16,467 nt of DNA from Vitrella brassicaformis CCMP3155 (taxonomy: Eukaryota > Protista > Chromerida): positions 1 to 16,467 of the forward strand of contig CDMY01000832.1 of NCBI GenBank assembly GCA_001179505.1, written 5' to 3'. The notes under the pieces are model-generated. The model saw only the letters and a list, made by a program, of their open reading frames with translations, did not search any database and was not told the DNA's origin. The position numbers and the translations under genes were made by a program. The stretch's first letter is position 1; the number at the start of each line of letters is the position of its first letter. Of this stretch, positions 8,805 to 16,467 are shown piece after piece.

Positions 8805-10893
8805 ACCCTATGGATGGATTTACTTGTGGCTGAAGAGATGCACATACATAACGGCGAGACGAGCCTTCATCATCAGCGTCCGTCACGCATGCATCCCTCT
8901 CCTCCTCATCGCCCCCCCCTTCCCGTGTTCCACCACCATGCATAACACGCAAGGGTAAGACGTACAGGTTGTCGCATCGGGTCACTGGCACGTCTAAGCA
9001 CTCAGTGTCCTGTTGCAGGCCCTCTACGCACTCGACAGGCACATGGATGGCTCTCAACTCGCCGAAGCTAATCGAGCAACCGCTGTCTTCAAACTCAGCA
9101 ACCGACAGCAGGTTATTCTTCAGCCTTGGCGCGAGAAGACACCCATCTAGCACAACGACACGCAGGCGTCCATCACGGGTCATGATCGGCAGTGCGACCG
9201 TCCCCTCACCTTTGATGGGTACCATGCTGCCGTCGGCAACCCTCAGCCAACCTCTACGAGGTGTCCATCTGACAAACAGGTCAGCGCAGCAAAAGACATG
9301 CTTTGTGCAGCCTGAGTCGAGCAGTGCATATGCACACACATCATTCAGTGCGTCACATACACGCTCACTAACACATCCATCCATAGCAGACGAGTGTGCC
9401 ACTCCAACCACAAACGCACCAGCCACATCTCTGTTCTGTGTGTCTGCAGGTTGTGCATTTTCACGGGCAAACAGAGCTGCTACCTCTGCACTCCACTCGC
9501 TAAGCAAAGAGCACTGACTGCCCTCCCTCTGCTTGTGTGTGTGGTCACGTACTTGTTGTGCAAGCAGATGCTTGACGTTGTCGCGCTTTGGGCAGTTGCG
9601 GCAGAGGTGCTCGGTGCTGTCGCAAATCCAGCACTTGAGGCCCTTGCCCTTCTTGCCCTTGCCGGCCTTGCCGCCATTGCTCGACGCGTCTTTCGACGCC
9701 TTCGTCTGCTTGCTCTTCTGGCTCACGCCGGTCTGCGCGCTCGGCTGTGCCGTCGGCTGCCCCTTCGTGGCCTTCTTGCCCTTGTTCTTCTTCCTGGCGA
9801 TCGGGACGAACGACACCTTCTGTGCCACCGCCACCGTCCCACCCGCCGCGGCCGCCGCACTCGTTGAGCCGCTGCCCTGGCCCTGCTGCTGTGTGGCCGA
9901 CCCTGTGAAGTCAGCCCACTGGCGGCACACCTTGAGGAGCGTCGCGAAGTTGTGCTTGGCGGATGGGTCAATGACCACCGCCTCTCGCACTCGACCAAAC
10001 GACGCCGGCAGCTTGAGGATGAAGAACTCGACCATCTCTCGGTCGGCGATCGGGGGCATCCCTTGCAGTTGACGCAGCTCGTTCGCGCGCTGCACCACAT
10101 GCGTGAAGCTCGTCACCGCCTCCTCAAAGGTCCCCTTCAGGTCGGGCTGCCAGTTCACCACCCGCGCGAAGGCATCCCCCCATGCGCCAGCATGCGTTGG
10201 CTGGAACGCCTCCAACAGTGCGTCCCAGGCCGCCGCACCGTTGCCCGCCGGCCCTTGCTGGACGACAGCCAGTGCCCGCGGATTTGTCGGCGGTTGCTCG
10301 TCGTTGGTGCCCATCAGTGCGTCTATCAGCTCCGTGTGCAGATGAGCATTGTCCGCGTCGTACTGCACCGTGCCGTAGATGGCTCGCCCGGCCTGACGGT
10401 TGCTCTTGTCGAGCAGGTAGCCGATCTTGGCCGCGTAGCACTTGCTCTGCACCTCAAACGCGAACGTGGGGAAGCCAGCCTGGTCGCCAGTGAAGGTATG
10501 AAGCTTGAGCTTCTTACGCTCCACCACCGACTCCGCTGCTTTCTTCGTCACCACGCCGCCCGTCAGGGTCAAATTGTTAGCCGTATGACCGGCCTGCTGC
10601 GGCTCACGCTGGTTGAGGTGGGCACCGATGATTGACGAGAGGGCAGCAGCACGCTGCTCCTCCGACACCATCACCACATCGCCGTTTCCAGCATTGTTGC
10701 CGTCACCTTGGCCTGGCTGGCCAGCCTCACCGCCAGCCTCATCGCCATTCGGTGCTGCTCCAGCGTTTCCGTCGCCGTTCGGCTGGATCTGTGCAGATCC
10801 CTCACCGCCTCCGACACCTGCGTCTTGTCCGCTCATCACGACATCCTGCTGTGCAGGATTCGTGGCTTCAACGGGCGGAGAGTCAGTGTCCAT
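8644..10893 (-). CDS. Copia gag-protease ORF (749 aa)
   Basis: ATG 58 nt after the PBS; FTGDQAGF gag-like motif; zinc knuckle CWICDSTEHLCRNC (CX2CX4HX4C); aspartic protease LLDSGCTKH; NLLSV and NLYVL motifs typical of the copia PR end. Confidence 0.93.
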   Translation of the reverse strand: MDTDSPPVEATNPAQQDVVMSGQDAGVGGGEGSAQIQPNGDGNAGAAPNGDEAGGEAGQPGQGDGNNAGNGDVVMVSEEQRAAALSSIIGAHLNQREPQQAGHTANNLTLTGGVVTKKAAESVVERKKLKLHTFTGDQAGFPTFAFEVQSKCYAAKIGYLLDKSNRQAGRAIYGTVQYDADNAHLHTELIDALMGTNDEQPPTNPRALAVVQQGPAGNGAAAWDALLEAFQPTHAGAWGDAFARVVNWQPDLKGTFEEAVTSFTHVVQRANELRQLQGMPPIADREMVEFFILKLPASFGRVREAVVIDPSAKHNFATLLKVCRQWADFTGSATQQQGQGSGSTSAAAAAGGTVAVAQKVSFVPIARKKNKGKKATKGQPTAQPSAQTGVSQKSKQTKASKDASSNGGKAGKGKKGKGLKCWICDSTEHLCRNCPKRDNVKHLLAQQVRDHTHKQREGSQCSLLSEWSAEVAALFARENAQPADTQNRDVAGAFVVGVAHSSAMDGCVSERVCDALNDVCAYALLDSGCTKHVFCCADLFVRWTPRRGWLRVADGSMVPIKGEGTVALPIMTRDGRLRVVVLDGCLLAPRLKNNLLSVAEFEDSGCSISFGELRAIHVPVECVEGLQQDTECLDVPVTRCDNLYVLPLRVMHGGGTREGGGDEEERDACVTDADDEGSSRRYVCASLQPQVNPSIGCECSGGDAHDRACPLNSSLADAHNRGDSQAPVHAPDTHTKGSQRPCVLIHHRV

Positions 10894-10951
10894 GGCTCAG
10901 ATCTGGTTGAGATCTACCGCTTGTGTGCCGTCTCCCCGCAGGAGTAGCCAC

Positions 10952-10965
10952 GTGGGCTCATAACC
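10952..10965 (-). other. Primer-binding site complementary to the tRNA-iMet anticodon stem-loop (half-tRNA primer)
   Basis: Minus strand GGTTATGAGCCCAC directly after the 5' LTR; same type as the PBS of yeast Ty5 and Drosophila copia. Confidence 0.88.
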
Positions 10966-11175
10966 AGTTGCGTAACGCAGTGGTCAAGCGAGATATCGGC
11001 TAAGGCACACCAAGCACAAGGAGCCTTCACGGAACACGCAAGAGTCTTTGCACGTGAAGCAGTGATCGCCCTAACGCTGATTGGGCGGATCTATGGATCA
11101 TCTTAGGCCACGGGCTTACATGTGCTCCCTGTACAGGCGCCTCTGTCCAGCTGTGGGCGTATACACTCCGCAACA
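10966..11175 (-). repeat. 5' LTR (210 bp), TGTTG...CAACT on the minus strand
   Basis: Homologous to 5289-5501; followed by the PBS and gag ATG; outer flank (TTACCTTCG) is not a PPT. Confidence 0.9.
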
Positions 11176-11595
11176 TTACCTTCGAACTTACGCCGCTATG
11201 CCATTGGGTCCTGGGCCTGCACCCTTCGAACTTAGGCTGACTTTGTGCCTTGCCATCTCCCATCGCTGCACCTCTAGATCTCGAGAAGAAAAATGCAGCT
11301 GTACGTGCTCCCCCATAGTTCGTCCCTCTGCACCAAAAAGGTTGTGGACTTGCCGCCCTGGGAGTTTGGCTGCTTTGAGCTTATGTTTTCGTCTCGCTTG
11401 GGGCCCTTTCTGTATTCGGCAGCGTCTATGTTGAGGTCTTCAGTGAAGTCTGTCTCTAATCCTTGGCCATCGCTATTTGGTTCTGCATGCCTGGATGTGC
11501 ATTGCGGATATTTCTTCGAAGACTCAGCGCTTCGCAGTTTCCCATCTTCCACCATCTGAGGGAGGGTTTTCATTGCACACGCCACCCAACTATAG

Positions 11596-12186
11596 GCTTG
11601 CGCAGGCGTGCGCACAGAGATATTCATTGTACACACCAAGTACAAGCGTCCACAGGCGAATAGATAAAAAATACGCTCATCGCACACACCAGCCAATACA
11701 AGGGTGTGCAAGTGTGCGGACAAAACCGTTCATTCTACACACCGGCCAACCACAGGTATGCGCAGGTGAACGCATAAACATATTCTTTTCACACATGAAG
11801 CAACTGCAGGCGCACTCCTCACACACGCGCGTCGAATTGCAGACGGTACATAAGATGAATACCTCTGCGCGCATGTTTGCGTATGAAGGCTTGGACTTGC
11901 AGACGGTATAAATGTCTCTGTGCGCACACCTGCACATGCACGAGTGCCTCGAGTAGGAGGGAGTGTCTCTCTTGGCAAGGTGTGCGCATGCACGCAAGGA
12001 CGTCCAAACGGAACATGGGATGAATGTCCGCACACAAGCGCCTGCACGCGTGGACTTGAAGGATGTATCCCTGTCCGCACACCTGCGCATGCACACGTAC
12101 GCGTGGAGTTAGAGGGCGTGTATGTGGTGAATGTATCTATGCACACACCTGAACAAAAATGTATGCGTCGAGTTGAAGGGAGTGTG
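11596..12186. repeat. Degenerate modular repeat array A with an inverted left arm and a forward right arm
   Basis: Core ATGAATGTCTCTGTGCGCACACCTGCGCATGCAC recurs every 45-65 bp from 11826 to 12186; reverse-complement cores at about 11597-11627, 11706-11733 and 11757-11786. Confidence 0.8.
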
Positions 12187-12187
12187 G

Positions 12188-12500
12188 GAGTTGTTGGTGA
12201 CGTTGTTGGATGGCCTTCACAAGGACCTGAACCGCGTCATCAAGAAGTCCGATGTGGAGGAGCCAGACATCACCCGCAAAAAGCTCAGTGAGGGTAACCG
12301 AGAAGAGAAACTGGCTGCCGAAGCTGGTCCAGACACCTTGCTACTCTTCCTACTGTGACTCACGAGGATGTAAACTCATCCCCAATCGATGTTTAGCAAC
12401 ACTTGCAACGGGTGTTGTGTCCTCGACCATCATTGCAGTCGCTTGTTTGTCATGCAATAAGGTCTCTTCTCGCGCAAACGCAGCAATCACGCCAGCTACC
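12188..12500 (+). pseudogene. Decayed ubiquitin-specific protease (peptidase C19, USP4/11/15-like) fragment, first half of the catalytic domain
   Basis: ELLVTLLDGLHKDLNRVIKKSDVEEPD resembles ELLAFLLDGLHEDLNRxxKKPYxE; a 1-nt deletion at about 12325 joins LAAEA to WSRHLA; a TAG follows; then SSTIIAVACLSCNKVSS resembles STLxCxxCxKVS. Confidence 0.75.
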
Positions 12501-14640
12501 TACCTCAGAGCTCTGAGTCGTGTGACACGCACAAACAGATAGTCTGACCGCTTTCGTGTCTTCGTGTCTCCATTTGGTGGTAGAAGTGCAGCACACCCTT
12601 GAGAGGGAGAGCATGTAACAGATGGATGCTTGCATGAGGAATGATGTACCTATGTACCTTGTCATCAACGTGCCCTGCCAATGAGAGAAGTCACCTTCGG
12701 GTAGATTCTTCAGCTTGCTGTCGGGATTCACCGGTCGATCCCTCCGCCTTGAGAAGGATGCTGGCTGAAGCCTTGGACCAACACCGTGACTACTTCATCC
12801 CTGGCACGTCACACGCATAGGCGAAGAGCACACGTGACGACAAGCCATTTTTGTGTGCTTCTTTGCGCCTGCTTATACTAGATCGAATATGTAGAGCTTT
12901 TTGAAGAGTTGCACTCTCAGTCGCGATCCGCCGAGTGTTGCACAGACCACTGAATTTGTGGGCATCTCTCTTAACGTCTATCGGAAGGCAGATCGATCGA
13001 CGATAGATGCTTAGGGAATCCACACCTCCCTACACACAAACAGGCACACAAAAGGTGACCCTTCTGGTCTTAGATCGCTAATGTCTCACTTGATCACCAC
13101 GACAGCACCCAGCGTCCTAGCATATAGGTGCTACCAAATATGCGGACGCATGGGCGGCGAGTAAAGAGACCCCTTTAGCAAGAGGGAGAGACTTGCAGAG
13201 CCAAGCATCCAAACGTGAGGGATCCGCTTAGAGCTTGTCTGTCCATCTCCAAAGACCAGTTGACTATTTCGAGAGAGCACAATATGTCCGCCTAAAGAAC
13301 TGCCTGCAGAGAGAGAGAAAAAGATGCATACAGTCATGTATCATCTTGTTTACCTCTCCTACGAGTTGTCCGTTCTGTGTGTCATAGAGCTGGACCTCTG
13401 CTGCCCATGCCCTTCTGCTCTCTCTGACGTAGACATAGAACTCATCAATTGATTCGTCTCACGCACCACCTTTGCGCACCGGGCATGTCAGCCAGATCAA
13501 CCAAGGAGATGAGCAAAGATAGCCAATACCTGCTGTTCTTGGTTATTCTGTCCCTAGGGTTCTTCTGGGTCTTGAGCCATGCGTTTAACGCAACACGGCA
13601 GTCTTCTTCGGTATCGAGCCGGTTTCGCTCTCAGGATGGCCAATTGAGCTTCAAAGTGCAGCGTGTCAATGCACACAACATCAGATCCATCGGTGCTGTC
13701 CGTCTATCACGCAACCTGTCTTCTCTTTCGTCCTGTGAAAAATGCCTCAGCTTTCAGTGTTGAGGACGGAGAGACATAGGAAATGGCCTTAGTCTGTAGC
13801 ATGTAGAGCTCTAGATTCCACTCCTGGCGAGTAACATCAATCGCAATGCGAGACACACCAGTTCTGCTAGAGCCCCTACTGCTCTCGATGGCCAAGATTG
13901 ATGGTGCGATTATCACACTCCGGTTACTCACCAGCAGGCAAAACTCGTGTGTGGCCATCGAGGCTGAAATCGATCACTCCGGTCATCTTCTGGTGCTTTC
14001 AAGCACCTAAAGCTGCGACAAATTGACGCTTAATGTGACGGTCGAATGGCTTTCACACTCACCCAATACACAGTGACATTGACGTTGTAGATTTCCGGCT
14101 GGACGTCATCTGACCCGCGAGCCTTCTGGGCGCGGAAGCCTTCTGAGCGAGGAAGACAAGGTCAGACTGATTGTCGAAAGACTCGTCACTTGATACACGC
14201 AGGGACATAAGTCACAGTGCTTCTTCTCACTTAAGATCGGCCACCGGCTGGACGAATCGCTGGGTCTCTCGAGAGGCAGCACCTTTTTGACACGAGAAAG
14301 GGAACCATGCATGCTCCCAATGAGTGTGTCTCTCAACCTGCATGCCTTGTGACTTTGCACGGTCCTGCCAGCTTGATTGTGGCCCTCCCAAGGAGATCGT
14401 CAGCGGGTGGAATGTCTTTATCGGGGTACGGGATTGATAATCCAGGGACCGGTGTTGGAGACGAAGGTATAGGTAAGCGACAAAGACTGCAAGGAATCCG
14501 GGGGATTTTTCCAGGCCTGCAGGATCTGTCTCACCCATCGAGCTGATTCTCTCTTCAGAAAGCGAGGGATCTTGTCAAAATAAGCCACACGGTCTCTTAG
14601 TGGAGTTGGGTAGTCTCCTTGGCAAGCTGAAGGCTGTTGT

Positions 14641-14950
14641 CAAGGCATGTCGTCTCCTCTGCTGAACAATGGTCAGCACGATAGTTGTCACAATTCTCGA
14701 AAAGCGATGTTACAATGACGTGTATGGCTGTTCTCAGAAGAGGTGAGACGTTTTCAAGTCGAAGAGGTCGGTCTTGTGGCCGAGAGAGAAGATCTTCTCG
14801 GCTTATTGGCCGAAGGCGACCTTCGCAAACATCAGGCTCAGAGGTGCTTAAGGGGCCGAAGAGTGGGGTCTACAGGGGTATCGCCAACGATGACAGGGGT
14901 TTGTGAGACATGCCCTGCCAGCATAGACAGGGGGCACTATGATGCAGGAG
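14641..14950 (+). pseudogene. Probable second half (His-box region) of the same decayed USP catalytic domain
   Basis: One frame reads SCHNSRKAMLQ*RVWLFSEEVRRFQ...EGDLRKH...GVCETCPASIDRGHYDA, following the USP order C..RKA..Q..W...KRF...EGxDL...GV..H.G...GHY. Internal TGA at 14716-14718; the catalytic-region His before GHY is not recognisable. Confidence 0.5.
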
Positions 14951-15425
14951 AGAACTTACCCTCTGTACGTCCTTTGCTGCAGGCATCCGAGGTACATTCG
15001 TCTGCACGCGCTAGCTAAGCAAAGATGGAAGGAAAAGGAGAGGGGCAGAATAATGGATGAACTCATAAGCAAGACATTTTCGTGGATGGAATAAGGAATA
15101 AGGCGAGCGACCGAGGAAAAAAGAGACCCGTCCAACTTACATGCACACAGACGTAGAAAATCAGGCCATTCCATCTGGAGTGCATTTGCATGCATGCAGG
15201 CAGGCAGGCAGCAAATTCATGAAAGACTTCTCCCCTTCCCGTCACCATCCTTCAATATGTCCCAGTGTGTTGTCGAGATCTTGCGGTGAGTGACAACTTG
15301 ACGGACTAATTGACAGCATCCAAAGGCCAGGTCCGCTCCAGCAGCTCATTCGTGTCCGCTGGGGGCCCGGGTGAGGCCATTTGTGTGACGGGGGGCCTGG
15401 GCAAAGTCATGGCCCTATCATTTCA

Positions 15426-15919
15426 GTACGCGTGGAGTTAGACGGGGTGTATGTGATGAGTGTTTCTGTGCGCACACCTGCGTATGCACAAATGCGTCGA
15501 GTTGAAGTGAGTGTATCTCGGTCCGCACACCTGCGCATGCACGCAACGACGTGCAAATGGTGTACGGGATCAATGTCTTTGCGCGTACGCAAGCTCCTGC
15601 ACGGGTGCGTCGAGTTGAAGGGAGTGTGTCTCTGTCCGCACACCTGTGTATGCACGCAAGAACGTTAAGGACAGTACATAGGATGAATGTCTCTGTGCGC
15701 ACACCTGCGCGTGCATCACACCTGCGCATGCACGCGTGGACTTGCAAGGGGTGTCTCTGTGCACACACAAGCGCATGCACACGTATGCGTGAAGTTAGAG
15801 GGGGTGTATGTGGCGAGTGTTTCTGTGCACACACCTGTGCATACACGTTTTGACTTGAAGCGTGTGTCTCTGTACGCACACCTGCGCATGCACGCAAGGA
15901 CGACAAGCGATACATACGG
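15426..15919 (+). repeat. Degenerate modular repeat array B, same family as array A, forward orientation
   Basis: About 9 copies of the core GTCTCTGT(G/C)CGCACACCTGCGCATGCAC alternating with spacer modules (GCGTCGAGTTGAAGGGAG, GTACGCGTGGAGTTAGA, GGACTTG). Confidence 0.85.
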
Positions 15920-16467
15920 TAGCACTCGGGACCATGAGAAGTAGATTATTTCCAAATAGATATGGAAACAATACGTGTCGGACAGATGGAAAACAGCGCC
16001 TTGATACCAACAAGCATCGGAGAGCATTCATTTTCTTGCCAGTCAGGGTGGCGTCACACGATCACCACAATGAATAAATCATGAAGTCAATGGATCGCCT
16101 CAAATACGGTTGTCTGTAAGCCTGCACTCCTATCTCACTAACTTACCATCACACCCCTCCCTCTGTCCCTTGAACATGGCAGGGAACTACCAATACTGCC
16201 ATGCATAGGACTTGATGTCACACAAACTGCTCTTTCCGCCCCACTATCCTGTCTTATGCACGTGTACCGACTCGACCTGCTCCTGCGCACAATCACCCTC
16301 CCGCCCGCCCTTAGTATGAAATGAAAGCCTTTTGTGACACGCACACCAGAAAGATTGTTGCATCATCCTCTCCTCATTCATCCGCTTTGAATGTAGTCAC
16401 CGAGAAGACCGCTGTCAAGGTCGTGAGCGAGGCCTTCATCACGATTCCTTGTTCTGAAGACATATGG

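Larger units (their letters stand above)
5289..11175 (-). mobile_element. Ty1/copia LTR retrotransposon, about 5.9 kb as assembled, RT core lost in a gap
   Basis: Minus-strand order LTR-PBS-gag-PR-IN-RT-RNaseH-PPT-LTR; IN before RT is diagnostic of copia. No convincing target-site duplication. Confidence 0.95.

Noticed and set aside
8912-8919. C8 (G8 on minus) homopolymer as the cause of the PR/IN frameshift
   Set aside because: The integrase frame has a TAG at 8810-8808 downstream of this run, so a slip here cannot join the ORFs.
6784-10963. Plus-strand ORFs of 100-227 aa opposite gag-pol (e.g. 9952-10635, 7299-7889, 8152-8757)
   Set aside because: Antisense shadows of GC-rich coding sequence with no recognisable motifs.
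5284-11180. Apparent TSD TAACC (5284-5288) versus TTACC (11176-11180)
   Set aside because: Only 4 of 5 match, and TAACC is part of the 14-nt PBS shared by both LTRs, so it is most likely coincidence.
11274-11580. Hydrophilic minus-strand ORF (KTLPQMVEDGKLRSAE...)
   Set aside because: Protein-like composition but no recognisable motif and no supportable exon structure.
13687-13710. VIDGQHRW peptide (ParB/DGQHR-like motif) on the minus strand
   Set aside because: The frame is only about 21 codons between stops with no other support; compatible with chance.
11596-15919. Repeat arrays as CRISPR, or as repeat proteins (Cys/His-rich ORFs in several frames)
   Set aside because: Eukaryotic context, degenerate units and related spacers exclude CRISPR; ORFs appear in all frames as expected for CA/GT-rich repeats.
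16321-16467. Frames open to the right edge (plus MKAFCDTH...SEDIW; minus PYVFRTRN...QSG-stop)
   Set aside because: Both strands look mildly coding but neither gives an identifiable motif; needs the adjacent window.

Overview
Eukaryotic genomic window. Short GT-AG introns rich in (CA)n/(GT)n, GCCT and GCATGC motifs suggest an alveolate, possibly a Vitrella-like chromerid (inference only). Left to right: (1) a minus-strand fragment resembling the post-RT region of a CRE/SLACS-type non-LTR retrotransposon, running off the left edge (1-236); (2) a complete 13-exon minus-strand gene for a secreted GH5 endoglycoceramidase-like glycosidase of 614 aa (881-3941); (3) a 300-N gap; (4) a minus-strand Ty1/copia element (5289-11175) with gag-PR, IN-RT and RNase H, an internal 300-N gap, a tRNA-iMet anticodon-arm (half-tRNA) PBS, LTRs ending CAACT rather than CAACA, only about 86% LTR identity, a second PBS after the 3' LTR, a +1 frame break between PR and IN, and an NLS-like RNase H tail; (5) a modular 45-65 bp repeat family forming an inverted structure (11596-12186) and a direct array (15426-15919), bracketing a decayed USP (peptidase C19) gene relic (12188-14950). 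All alignments were done by eye; no database searches were run.
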